From an uncultured delta proteobacterium (GTDB lineage Bacteria > Desulfobacterota > Binatia > UBA9968): a DNA stretch of 64,000 nucleotides. This document shows, one piece after another, positions 1 to 10,015 of this stretch. The first letter of the stretch is position 1; each line of letters starts with the position of its first letter. The stretch is from contig CAVSLC010000009.1 of the NCBI GenBank assembly GCA_963728565.1, forward strand, positions 71,111 through 135,110, read 5' to 3'. The translations under genes were made by a program, and so were the position numbers. The notes beneath the pieces are model-generated. The model searched no databases. It saw only the letters and a list, made by a program, of their open reading frames with translations, and was not told the DNA's origin.

Positions 1-140
1 AAGGAACTGGAGGAGTACCGGCAGTGCTACGGCTTAGGTTTATGCTAAGTGCTGATGAGCAATCAACGTCCACTTGCTGATCGAAACCTGCAGGGTTGCA
101 TTGCAAGATCATGCAGGGTTACCGTTGAGGTATAGATACG
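1..140 (+). pseudogene. Degenerate Y1/HUH (IS200-like or REP-associated, RAYT) transposase fragment
   Basis: Piecewise manual translation gives LEEYRQCYG...VLMSN(H)VHLLIET...KIMQG, matching the YxxMxNHxHLL HUH motif; contains a stop and indels; truncated by the window edge. Confidence 0.6.
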
Positions 141-158
141 GGATGCTCAGCGAGAAAA

Positions 159-187
159 CAGGGAGGAAGCGCTTGGCTTTCCCCCTG
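159..187 (-). terminator. Probable intrinsic terminator of the Hsp20 gene
   Basis: Imperfect hairpin caggg-aggaagc / gctttcc-ccctg followed by TTTTC on the minus strand, about 30 nt after the stop. Confidence 0.5.
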
Positions 188-214
188 AGTTTCTGTTTGA
201 TGGTTCTGCGATAA

Positions 215-661
215 TCAATTCAAGCTTATAGCGATTTGTCTCGGCTTGGCCTCATCGGCTTTGGGAACTTGTACTTCAAGTATTCCGTCCTTATAGGTCG
301 CTTTGATGCCATCGGGGTTCACGGTTTGCGGCACGTGGAAGGATCGAGAAAATTTACCTGTAACCCGCTCGACCCGGTGGTACTCGACTCCACTGGCCGG
401 CTCTTCAAGCTTTCGCTCGCCACTGAGTGTCAATATGCCCTCGTTTACTTCCGTTTTGAGATCCTCATTTCTCATCCCGGGCAGCTCGGCGCGAATGAGA
501 TACGAATCCTTACTTTCAAGAATGTCCACGGGAGGATACCAGACTCCAGCGGCAGCACTCTGTTGCGCCCGTGTGCGACCCAACGCGTCTTCGAATAGCT
601 CGTTGATCCGGGACTGAATTCTGTTTACACCCTCAACCTGTTCCCATCTTACTAGTTCCAT
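215..661 (-). CDS. Hsp20/alpha-crystallin small heat-shock protein
   Basis: PPVDILE..AELPG..GILTLSGER..F.RSF..P..A.YKDGILEV.VPK; ATG at 661 preceded by GGAG. Confidence 0.95.
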   Translation of the reverse strand: MELVRWEQVEGVNRIQSRINELFEDALGRTRAQQSAAAGVWYPPVDILESKDSYLIRAELPGMRNEDLKTEVNEGILTLSGERKLEEPASGVEYHRVERVTGKFSRSFHVPQTVNPDGIKATYKDGILEVQVPKADEAKPRQIAISLN

Positions 662-858
662 AATTAGCACTCCTTTTTAAACCTTTTCTTTAAGCTAGCG
701 GGAAGTTAAGCATGGCGGGTCACCGTGTCAAGGCCAAGGTGTCGCTGGGCGGATTTGCAAAGAGTCGTAGTGCCGATCGACGGCCCTCGGGCTCGCTTAT
801 CTGCGCGTCCGTTCTTCATGAAGGCACTGAGAAGCACAAAAGCAAAATCACACAAATT

Positions 859-1338
859 TTAGGAAAGAAGTCTGTAAAGCAGTGGGTCTGGTAGCGCCTC
901 CTGGGCAACTTCACTAATGATAAAATAAACTACCCCTACAATGGAGGCGGCAACCAGTATAGATTTTGCCGCGCTGACCTCGCCGGATGCCAGCAGGTAT
1001 AGAATCACAAAAAGTCCGATGCTCGGATAAATTCCGATGATATAGATGCTGATATACAACCCGACCAAGATTCCAAAGTACTTTATTGCACCCACCATAT
1101 TCTCTCGCTCTGTAGTTTTATCTTTATCAAAACCTGTATCCATTATCCGCGCGGTTTTAGTTTTCTTTCCTCTCAGCTCTCTTAAAAGCTGGAAAGAACA
1201 CAAAATAAATGCTCCCCCGCCACAGAGCGCCGGAACCACCGCCGTTTTAAAGTCCCATTGAGTCAATGCATATGTGGCAGCGGCAAAGGAGATTACCGTC
1301 ATGAAGATCGTAAAGTAGCTCTCATGATTAATCTTCAT
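859..1338 (-). CDS. tctB: Tripartite tricarboxylate transporter small subunit, TctB family
   Basis: Four to five hydrophobic segments, C-terminal LP motif, overlaps the tctA stop. Confidence 0.8.
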   Translation of the reverse strand: MKINHESYFTIFMTVISFAAATYALTQWDFKTAVVPALCGGGAFILCSFQLLRELRGKKTKTARIMDTGFDKDKTTERENMVGAIKYFGILVGLYISIYIIGIYPSIGLFVILYLLASGEVSAAKSILVAASIVGVVYFIISEVAQEALPDPLLYRLLS

Positions 1339-2857
1339 CGTTGTCCTCCTTCATCGGACTCGGGGCCAGCCGTTTTACGGCTTCATCTCTGGCGATTTGT
1401 CGCTCCTTTAGGAAAGTCCAAATCTGATTCAAAACAAAGATAGCAATCATTCCGAGCACCATGGGCCGCCAGATCCAGGAGATACCCATTAAAGTGATGG
1501 ATATCACGAAGTTCCACTCGGCGATGTTCGAAAGTACAAAGCCCACGATAAGTGGCGGCCGCGCCCAGCCATACTGTTTCATAGCAAAACCAAGGACGCC
1601 GAATATGATCATGACCAATATGTCACCAATGTCCTTGGCTCCGATGTAAACCGCTAGAATAAGAAAAGTCGTGATGACGGCAATAAGATAATGTTGGGGC
1701 AGGTAGAGCAGTTTAGCAATTTGCGAAGTGGCGAGCAGGCAAATACCGCCGCCGACGATATTAGCCAGAGCCAAGGCCCAAATAATCGAATAGGTGATTC
1801 CAATATCCGTGGTAAGCATATTGGGACCCGGGTGGATGCCGGCAATTAGAAATGCCCCAAGGACGAGCGACATACTGGCACTACCGGGTACGCCAAATGC
1901 TAAGGTAGGTATAAAGTCGCCGCCTTTGCACGAATTGTTTGACGCTTCCGGTGCAATGACTCCGCGAACGTCGCCTTTACCAAAACGGCTCTTGTCTTTT
2001 GCCGACTGCACAGCATGGGCATAGGCAAACCAGTCGGCAGTCACAGCACCAACGCCTGGTACTACTCCTATCCATACGCCGATCAGGCTACCGCGGATCA
2101 GCAACGCCCAATGGCGAAAGACATCTGCCATTCCCTGCAATTGTCCACGCAAGAGATTGCCGCGAATTTTGCCTCCCGGGATTGATCCCTTTGCCGTCGC
2201 CATTTTTATCACTTCTGGAATCGCAAAAAGGCCGAGAGATACCGTGACAATCTTCAGGCCATCGATTAAGTACGGGATATCGAAGCTGTATCGGTAGATA
2301 CCACTGTTGGGAGACCGTCCAATGGTGCCGAGAAGAATCCCAAAGAATCCGGCAGCCAACCCTTTGAGCATGTTTCCACTGCTAAGCGCTCCCAGCATAC
2401 TTAGTCCCCACAACGCTACTACAAAGATCTCAGGCGGCCCGAAAGCCAAGACAAATGGACGCAGAATGGGAATTGACAACCAGAGGCAAATTGCACCCAG
2501 CACCCCGCCGATAATCGAACTTGTGTAAGAAGCGCCAAGCGCCCGCGCGGCTTCTCCGTTAAGCGCCATCGCGTGGCCGTCTAGAAGTGTTGCCGAAGCG
2601 CCCGCAGTGGGCGGAACGCCGATCAATATAGTAGGGATGGTATCACTCGTGATAGTGACCGCCAGGATTGCAGTCATCAACACGATCGAATATTGGAAAT
2701 CGATGGTGTAGGTTAGCGGCAACAGGAGAGCTAAAATCGTAATTCCACCAAGACCCGGGATGACTCCCAGTATCAATCCTAAAAGTGTTCCGCCAACAAG
2801 AAACCCGACGCACGGCCAAGATAAAATTCCGACAAAAGCACCCCAGAAAGAATCCAT
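1328..2857 (-). CDS. tctA: Tripartite tricarboxylate transporter permease TctA
   Basis: G.IPGLG, PEASNNS..GG.FIPTLAFGVPG and G..PGP motifs. Confidence 0.93.
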   Translation of the reverse strand: MDSFWGAFVGILSWPCVGFLVGGTLLGLILGVIPGLGGITILALLLPLTYTIDFQYSIVLMTAILAVTITSDTIPTILIGVPPTAGASATLLDGHAMALNGEAARALGASYTSSIIGGVLGAICLWLSIPILRPFVLAFGPPEIFVVALWGLSMLGALSSGNMLKGLAAGFFGILLGTIGRSPNSGIYRYSFDIPYLIDGLKIVTVSLGLFAIPEVIKMATAKGSIPGGKIRGNLLRGQLQGMADVFRHWALLIRGSLIGVWIGVVPGVGAVTADWFAYAHAVQSAKDKSRFGKGDVRGVIAPEASNNSCKGGDFIPTLAFGVPGSASMSLVLGAFLIAGIHPGPNMLTTDIGITYSIIWALALANIVGGGICLLATSQIAKLLYLPQHYLIAVITTFLILAVYIGAKDIGDILVMIIFGVLGFAMKQYGWARPPLIVGFVLSNIAEWNFVISITLMGISWIWRPMVLGMIAIFVLNQIWTFLKERQIARDEAVKRLAPSPMKEDNDED

Positions 2858-3181
2858 ACTGTATCTCCCGTAACATCTAGAATACTTCGCAGGTATGTCA
2901 GTAGAGGATGGGCGTGGTTTCTCTTGAGCTATAATCCTACGGAATACTGGTCACCGCGCACCAATGAGAAAGCAATTCAACGATCCCGAACAATTAAGCG
3001 GTAGCAGCCGCTAACAAAAAAATCCGTGAGTCCCGAAGCCGGTGCGACGAGGCTGCTCGCCTTGGGCGGCTCAAAGAGCCATCGAGACTTTATCAATCTG
3101 ATTTCTTTACCCTCGCACCAAGGCGTAAAGAACTCTGCTTTAATGAAGAGGTTACGGCGATCGCGCAATTCATACCGGGGT

Positions 3182-4201
3182 TTAATAATAGGTCTCCACA
3201 ATCTTCTTGTTCTCATTAAATGATTTGATCAGGAAGTTGATCCGTTGCTTAAGCTCAGGCTCTGGTAAGAGATCCACCGGGGTATCTGCTTTTTCGCTCC
3301 ATTCTATCGTTCGCTTATCCTTGAAAGCTTTGATCAAGCCTTCCCTCAGCGCGCTCTGAATATGCCCGGCTGTGCCGGGCGGCACCTGGATCAGGCGTGT
3401 CAGGGCATAATCAGACCACTCTTTAGGCATTCCCAGCTCAACATGAGTGGGCGCGTCCGGAAACTCTGGATAACGTTTCGAGCTGTATATCCAGAGCAAA
3501 GTCAAATCACCTGCCTTGATTTGTGTGGTGTTGATTCCGGTCAGAGCGCCGGATGTCAGATCGGCATTGCCTGCCAGAACGGCTAATTTCGCATCCGCTA
3601 CGTCTTTGAAACGGGCCATTGTGTAGGGAATTTTTTTCTGCTCAAAATCCACCGCCAGCGGGATAACGACAAAGGTTGCTCCTGCCAACGCGACACGTAC
3701 TTGAGTTTTTGTTTTCAGAATATCCTGATAGCTTTTATAGGGCGACTTTGGAGAACTAAAGATCCCGTAAGGAGGAGTGTCAAGCGCCATAATCACGGGT
3801 ATATTCCGAACATCCCAGGAGTATTGCGTTTTCGTTGTTGCCAATCCGACGTACGTGGCCACACCTAGTAAACTTATTGTATGACCGTCGGGCTTGGATC
3901 CCTGGAGCACATCCATGGCGTTGAAGCCCTGAGCACCTGTGACCAACTGTACAGTCACTTTTTGTCCCAAATAATCGGGAAGTACCAGAGCCAATTGTCG
4001 AGCGATCAAATCGTAGGCGCCCCGACCGCTTAGTATTATTCTGATTGGTCTGCTCGGTTTCCAAGCATCTGTTTGCGCCGCCAGGATTTCATTGAAGCTG
4101 CCGATTGCCAAGACTATAAAAAAACTGATCAATAGAGCGGAAGCGCTGCTGACACGGCAGCCATAGGTGGCATTGCGGTGCTTAAGATTACCAACACGCA
4201 T
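3182..4201 (-). CDS. tctC: TTT substrate-binding protein (TctC/Bug family)
   Basis: Signal peptide, KPSRPIRII, DLIAR.LA, KPDGHTI, R.PEFPDAPT.ELG. Confidence 0.85.
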   Translation of the reverse strand: MRVGNLKHRNATYGCRVSSASALLISFFIVLAIGSFNEILAAQTDAWKPSRPIRIILSGRGAYDLIARQLALVLPDYLGQKVTVQLVTGAQGFNAMDVLQGSKPDGHTISLLGVATYVGLATTKTQYSWDVRNIPVIMALDTPPYGIFSSPKSPYKSYQDILKTKTQVRVALAGATFVVIPLAVDFEQKKIPYTMARFKDVADAKLAVLAGNADLTSGALTGINTTQIKAGDLTLLWIYSSKRYPEFPDAPTHVELGMPKEWSDYALTRLIQVPPGTAGHIQSALREGLIKAFKDKRTIEWSEKADTPVDLLPEPELKQRINFLIKSFNENKKIVETYY

Positions 4202-4202
4202 A

Positions 4203-5045
4203 TCAATGATTCCCCTCTCTTATATTTGTAGGACTCTGGTGTTTTGATAGATATGTCTCCCAATCGACAAATCCAAGCTGCATACCGGCGTCAACATCCA
4301 ACGCTACACCCGTGATCATTTCCGACCATGCGGAAGCCAAGAATACAATCGCCTTCGCCTGGTCCTCGGGCCGTGCGAAACGCCCCAAAGGAACTCTCGG
4401 TAAACGGCCGTCTGTGCGATCTTTCTCCGGGTTTGGCTCATGGGTCGGCCCCGGGACAATCGCATTGACGTTGATGTTGAAAAAACCGCCTTCATAGGCG
4501 AGCTGCTTCATAAAGGTAATAATCGCTGCTTTTGCTACGGCGTAGTCAGCGCCGGAAACAGAGATAGAGCGCGCGGCGAACGAACTTACCAGGACGATCT
4601 TGCCGTTTCTCTGCCGCTTCATGATAGGCAGGATTGCGCGTGAGCCGATGAACGCGCTCGTCAGATTGATTTCTATGTTCAGTTTCCACACATCCAGAGG
4701 AATCTCTTCAATAAGAGTTCTTCCCTTATGCCCACCGACAATATGGACCCAAACATCGATGCGCTTATACTTTTCCAAAATCTCTTTTAAAGTTTTATCA
4801 ATCTGGTCCGCATTCAATGCGTCGAGCTGCCAGACCGAGGCAGCGTTCTCTGCAACTGCGTTAATCAACCTTGCTGTTTCGGCAGCCGCTTCGCTGTTGA
4901 TATCCAGAACCGCGACTTTCGCGCCGAGCTTAGCGAATAAAATCGCGGTGGCGCGGCCGATGCCGTTATTTGCACCCCCGCCGCCTACGACGGCCACAAT
5001 CTTGCCTTGCAAACCTAAAGATCCGGCAACTTCATAGTTGCTCAT
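4203..5045 (-). CDS. SDR family oxidoreductase
   Basis: GGG..NGIG Rossmann motif, YAVAK catalytic YxxxK, NVNAIVPG. Confidence 0.92.
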   Translation of the reverse strand: MSNYEVAGSLGLQGKIVAVVGGGGANNGIGRATAILFAKLGAKVAVLDINSEAAAETARLINAVAENAASVWQLDALNADQIDKTLKEILEKYKRIDVWVHIVGGHKGRTLIEEIPLDVWKLNIEINLTSAFIGSRAILPIMKRQRNGKIVLVSSFAARSISVSGADYAVAKAAIITFMKQLAYEGGFFNINVNAIVPGPTHEPNPEKDRTDGRLPRVPLGRFARPEDQAKAIVFLASAWSEMITGVALDVDAGMQLGFVDWETYLSKHQSPTNIREGNH

Positions 5046-5106
5046 CTAAAATCTCCTCGCGACTACTTCTGCCCACCCTTGCGGCCACGCACCGATTCTC
5101 TTCGAT

Positions 5107-6783
5107 CTAAACCTTGCGTGTACGATCCTGGCCGGCAGAAGGGGCAACTGCTTCCTTGCTTACCACCACATCGACCAGCGCGGGCATCTTTGAGGCTAAG
5201 GCATCGCTGACAGCCTGCTTGAGGTCCTTGCTGTCATTAACCCGCGCTCCGTGGGCGCCGAACGCTTTGGCAATGGCGGCGAAGTCTGTATCGTTAAAGT
5301 CGAGCACTTCCGAAACGACGCGGCCTCCCTTTAGGCGCTTTTCAGTATGGTACTCAGAGGCTAGACAACTATTGTTTAACACGACTATAACCACCGGAAT
5401 ATTGCAACGGAGCGCCGTTTCCAATTCGCCGATATGATAAAGGATGCCGCCGTCGCCTGAGACCGCCACAGCCCGATGATTTGGCCGTGCTAGCGCCGCG
5501 CCCATCACGCCCGGCACGACCCAGCCGAGCGAACCGTTGGCTCGAACCATGGTCTTGCCTGCTTTTACCGAAAACAGGGATCCTACCCATGAGCCGATGG
5601 CGCCCGTATCGGCCCCGATTAAATCGTTTGGCCCCATGATTTCACGCAGGCACGCCACGACTCCCGCCGGATGAATTCCATCGTTCAGCTTTTCTTCCGC
5701 CATGGAGTTGGCGTGTTTTTGCCAGATGGCCACATTGGACGATACCTGCTTTGCCCATTGCGTGCGCTCCGTGTAGAGCTTTCCAGATTCAATCGCGGCG
5801 AGCCCGCTTTCTAACGCCAACTTGGCGTCGGCTAAAATGGTCAAGATGGCGCGGAAGTTGTGGCCGAGAATCTCGTGATTCGTGTCAATCTGAATGAGTG
5901 GTTTCTTGTCGAAGGGCAGTGTCCAACGATGGGTTGCTAAACCGCCAAGCCGGGTGCCAATGGCAAGCATGAGATCGGCCTCGCGCACGGTGTCATTGCC
6001 CACCTTGCGCGAGTTGCGACCGATGGTTCCCACCGCCAGGTCGTGGTCTTCAGAGATCGCGCCCTTGCCGCCGAGAGAAGTTACCACCGGCACGCTCAGC
6101 GCTTCTGCGAATCGCGTAAGCTCGTCCCAGGCCTCGGAAATGACTATGCCTTTGCCGGCTACGATCAATGGGCGGTTTGCTCTACGCAACTCGTCGATCA
6201 CCGCCTGCATTGCACCTAAAGGCGGCGGAATCCGCCTCGATGTGACTTTACCGAGATTCTCCTCGCGGTAAGCCGTTTCTGATCCTGCGTCAGCGCCGAA
6301 CATCTCTGCCGGAATTTCCAGATGTACCGGAGTCGGGGCCGGCCCGGTCGCGACGCGTATCGCAGCCCGCACCATGGCCGCCGCGCGCTCGGGTACCGAT
6401 ACGGTCTTGTTCCAACCGGCAACCGCGGTGTGCATCTTCAAGCCGTCGAGTTCCTGATACTCATAGCGGTCTCGAGATGGCATACCGATGGAGCTGGTTA
6501 GCGAGATTAAAGGGCTGCCGGCCCAGAGTGGATCGGCCATGGCGCCAGCGACATTCGCTACACCGGGTCCGCGTTGTCCGTAAACGAAACCAGGCTTGCC
6601 TGAGACTCGCGCATATCCGTCCGCCATATAAACGGCGCCCGGTTCACTGCGGCAGTTAATGATTCGTATGCCCGCGTCGTGGAGTGCATACCAAAGCTCA
6701 TGGTCGCCGCCCATAAAGCAGAAGAAATATTCCGTTTCATACTTCACCAACGTCTCTGCGACGATCTCGGCAACTGTCGCCAT
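5107..6783 (-). CDS. Thiamine pyrophosphate-dependent enzyme (acetolactate synthase-like family)
   Basis: RSEPGAVYMADGYAR catalytic Glu region and GDG...NN TPP motif; start ATG 6783 follows AGGAGG, so the longer ORF call is over-extended. Confidence 0.92.
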   Translation of the reverse strand: MATVAEIVAETLVKYETEYFFCFMGGDHELWYALHDAGIRIINCRSEPGAVYMADGYARVSGKPGFVYGQRGPGVANVAGAMADPLWAGSPLISLTSSIGMPSRDRYEYQELDGLKMHTAVAGWNKTVSVPERAAAMVRAAIRVATGPAPTPVHLEIPAEMFGADAGSETAYREENLGKVTSRRIPPPLGAMQAVIDELRRANRPLIVAGKGIVISEAWDELTRFAEALSVPVVTSLGGKGAISEDHDLAVGTIGRNSRKVGNDTVREADLMLAIGTRLGGLATHRWTLPFDKKPLIQIDTNHEILGHNFRAILTILADAKLALESGLAAIESGKLYTERTQWAKQVSSNVAIWQKHANSMAEEKLNDGIHPAGVVACLREIMGPNDLIGADTGAIGSWVGSLFSVKAGKTMVRANGSLGWVVPGVMGAALARPNHRAVAVSGDGGILYHIGELETALRCNIPVVIVVLNNSCLASEYHTEKRLKGGRVVSEVLDFNDTDFAAIAKAFGAHGARVNDSKDLKQAVSDALASKMPALVDVVVSKEAVAPSAGQDRTRKV

Positions 6784-6833
6784 TTCGTTCCTCCTTGAAG
6801 CTACCGGGCCGTGTCCATCATTTTGAATCCTAT

Positions 6834-7790
6834 CTATTCTTGCCGGTAGCGGAGTGCCTCTTTGATTGCCTCTTCTCCGCCGAGACCCATGCCAAGTCCG
6901 TAATGTTTGTCGGATGCGACGGCCTCTGGATAAAAGCTGGCGAGATCCCTCTCGGGATAGTTTTGCAGGACCCAATCGGCGATCTGATCGCGGGTGGTGA
7001 TCCACACGTTAGATTTTGCTCTAACGTAACGAATTACTTCTTCGAGAGGTCTTGTGCGAAAACCATGGGCCAGGACGGGATGAGTGCCATAGGCGAGCAT
7101 CTTCGGGAAGCCCCGTTTGCCCTCATCGTAGAGCGCGTCGAAATAATCGCGCCACATCTCGACGATCTCGCGCACATTCATGCCCTTACTGGAGTTGGTA
7201 TCGGACACTGCATAACTCGTCATCCCGACCAGCCTCTTATCGTTGACCCGGATGATGAACGGAACTTCGGCGTTGCGCATACCGCAGGTATATTTGAACC
7301 CTTGCTCGGCAAGGATGGAGAAAGTTTCCGGCGTAAGATGCCCGCCTGGAGAACTGAAACCCGAAGCTTTTTTGCCAAGCACGTTTTCAAACGCTTTGTT
7401 GGCCCGCGCGATTCCATCGGCTTGTTCTTGCGCCGTCATGTCACATAAAAATTCATGATCCCAACCCTGAACTAGGAATTCATGACCGTTTGCCGCGACT
7501 TCGCGGGCTAGCTGAGGGAACAGACTTACATTCAGTCCGTCCGCATAAGTACTGGTCTGAATCTCGTATCGTTTCCACAGATCCAGGAGCCGCTGCATAC
7601 CGCCTGTCTCAGCGAACGCTGTTTCATAAACCGGGCGCATGAGGCGAGTGTATTTCGCCGCCGAGGAAGCTCCACGTCCGCGGTTTTGATCCACCGTGGT
7701 GCCTAACGTCTTGGGAGGAATCTCCCACGACATGTTGAAGACAACGGCGATATAGGCTCCGTTGGGCCACTCGAACTGTCCTTTGTACAT
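6834..7790 (-). CDS. Polysaccharide deacetylase (CE4/PuuE-like) family protein
   Basis: F.WPNG..IAV.F..SWE, G..RLLDL, GHE....GW.H, G.HP...G...R motifs. Confidence 0.85.
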   Translation of the reverse strand: MYKGQFEWPNGAYIAVVFNMSWEIPPKTLGTTVDQNRGRGASSAAKYTRLMRPVYETAFAETGGMQRLLDLWKRYEIQTSTYADGLNVSLFPQLAREVAANGHEFLVQGWDHEFLCDMTAQEQADGIARANKAFENVLGKKASGFSSPGGHLTPETFSILAEQGFKYTCGMRNAEVPFIIRVNDKRLVGMTSYAVSDTNSSKGMNVREIVEMWRDYFDALYDEGKRGFPKMLAYGTHPVLAHGFRTRPLEEVIRYVRAKSNVWITTRDQIADWVLQNYPERDLASFYPEAVASDKHYGLGMGLGGEEAIKEALRYRQE

Positions 7791-8610
7791 GGTGCAACTC
7801 CTTTTTGAATCGATGAAACTTTGATGCTTGCAGGGTCCTGTTATGGAAAATGAAAGCCATCATCTCTGTAATGCTTCAGCTACTGCATCGCTGGTTGTGG
7901 GTCTATTCGCGAATTCATCTCGCGATCGAATTTATCCCTGCACAATACGTAGCACTCTGATTGCCAGTAGTTTATTTTTTATTTTTAATCGCTGGCAGAT
8001 AACGTTCCTGGAGAAAGCTGCTGGCTCGACTGCTCAGCTTTCACTGACGACCAGGTTTCACTTCGAAATCGTTTCTATAATGAAGGCGAATGTTTTGTAA
8101 AGCTTCGAATTCACATCCGCCGGGGGCGAGAGCGATGGTCTTCACTAGCTGCTTGCTCGCATGAACGAGTAGGTCCGAAATTGGCTCCATCAAAAGCTAG
8201 TGTATTCCGCAGCCACTAACGTACGCCGTCGGGCGACCAGCTAGATCTCAGTTGCCAACCCGCAACCGCTTACCTGGCAATCTGCCAAGGGACCCAGGCA
8301 TTCACACGACGGCCTGGTTCTACGAATGATCCGCACAGGAAAGATTTTCGATTCTTGTCCACGGACACACCCGGAGATAACAAATTCGTCAACGCCTTCC
8401 TCCGACTCGCTTCGTGATGGCCAGACATAGCGCGCTTCTGCGCGCTAATAAGGCCGTGAAAACAAAAGCTTTGCATTGCTAGCTTAGCGACAGGGAACTG
8501 TACTCGCTGCTGGCCTCGCTCTTGCGGTGGCAGCGAGGCGTCTTGTCGCTGCTGAGCCCGGGCTTCAGCTCAACCATGGATTTAATCACCTACCACTAAG
8601 GAGAAAAGTT

Positions 8611-8724
8611 ATGACCGGCGCAGAAATTGTAATTGGAGTAATTATTGGAGTCCTATTCGAACTCTGGTCGAATACCGAAGGGACGCCGCATGAAGATCTA
8701 GCTGTTCAAGGCATCGCAAAGTAG
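8611..8724 (+). CDS. Putative 37-aa small membrane protein
   Basis: Strong RBS TAAGGAG 7 nt upstream of ATG; MTGAEIVIGVIIGVLFELWSNTEGTPHEDLAVQGIAK. Confidence 0.45.
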   Translation: MTGAEIVIGVIIGVLFELWSNTEGTPHEDLAVQGIAK

Positions 8725-9135
8725 TTTACGGGCGATGACGGCGGCACACTGCAAACCGCTCGAGGCAAACCTTTCATCAAAGATAACGAGCTGTCGCCCT
8801 TCCAGGGTATTGCCGGCGATCACGAATTACCTTGAGGGCGGCTCGTGAGTGGGACGCTTGATCGGGAAAAAGTAACGGCACGGCAATCCCGCTCGTTGAT
8901 CACGCTTCTAGTGTTATCTCTCATCTGTTCCCGCCGCGGCAAAGCTCCCGTCACTTTATTTCCTCCTAGAGTCATCAAAGCTGCGCTTCGGAAATTGTCA
9001 TTAAGAGTTCTAACGCGCCAGCCCGCTACGCTACTTTCGTTGGTGTTTAAGCCCGAGAAAAACGCTTCCTTGTCACTGCTACGCTGACGTCCACCGCCGC
9101 ATTCAGCTTCGATGAGGCGTTAGCGAATCTGCCTC

Positions 9136-9171
9136 GTCGCAGATGTGAACGCGGTCGCAGATGTGAACGCG
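9136..9171. repeat. Perfect 18-bp tandem duplication (gtcgcagatgtgaacgcg x2)
   Basis: Seen directly in the sequence. Confidence 0.9.
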
Positions 9172-9265
9172 AAGGTTGACACCTCATAAGCTGATCCTTT
9201 TGCCCGGCACCAGAAATTTTAGCCGGCCCGGTTAAATCTTTGGTGCTTCGTGGCATGATGATGTT

Positions 9266-9892
9266 ATGCCCAAAGCAAATGGTGACCCGACTCTATTTGA
9301 CGCCTCGGCGCAAGTTCCGGATGGATTTATTTATCGACAAAACTTCGTTTCAGAGGCTGAAGAGCAGGAACTTATCCGGGAGATTCAGAAGTTTCAGCTT
9401 GAGCCATTTAAGTACTATCAATTTACCGGCAAGCGGCGAACAGCTAGTTTCGGCTGGCAATACGAATTCGGCGCGAGTGAAATCACAGCAGCTCCAGAGA
9501 CGCCGCCATTTCTTTTACCGCTGCGGACACGCGCCGGTAAAGTCTTTAACATTGATCCGAAAAGTTTGGTTCAAACATCGATCATCGAATATTCTACTGG
9601 TTCACCGATTGGCTGGCACCGGGATATTCCGCAGTTTGGCGTTGTAATTGGGATTTCCCTTGGCGCACCGTGCCGGATGAGATTTCGAAAATATAGCCGC
9701 GTCCGACCCAAAATGTTAAATCGTGATGAAATATTATCCATCGAACTACAACCGCGCTCGATCTATCTGATGAGCGGAGCTTCGCGAGAGAGCTGGCAGC
9801 ATTCAATTCCACCGGTGAAGGAGCTTCGCTATGCGATTATGATGCGGACTTTACGCGCCAAGCCTGAAAAGGATTCGAGACAGAAACCGTAG
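9266..9892 (+). CDS. 2OG-Fe(II) dioxygenase, AlkB family
   Basis: IGWHRD (HxD), WQHSIP, R..I.MR motifs. Confidence 0.9.
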   Translation: MPKANGDPTLFDASAQVPDGFIYRQNFVSEAEEQELIREIQKFQLEPFKYYQFTGKRRTASFGWQYEFGASEITAAPETPPFLLPLRTRAGKVFNIDPKSLVQTSIIEYSTGSPIGWHRDIPQFGVVIGISLGAPCRMRFRKYSRVRPKMLNRDEILSIELQPRSIYLMSGASRESWQHSIPPVKELRYAIMMRTLRAKPEKDSRQKP

Positions 9893-10015
9893 TTGTTTGT
9901 TTTATTGGTGGGAATGAGCAGCAGGCCGGTGCAGGTATGCGGACGGAATGTGAATCTTGCGCTGCGGCCCGATGCTCTTTAATTCATTAAGGCTCAATCT
10001 TCAACGAGGTAAATC

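Noticed and set aside
664-672. CIRCE half-site TTAGCACTC upstream of Hsp20
   Set aside because: The second arm 9 nt away is absent, and the match overlaps the GGAG RBS
6784-7005. N-terminal extension of the TPP enzyme in the ORF track
   Set aside because: Overlaps the upstream gene; a strong RBS supports ATG 6783
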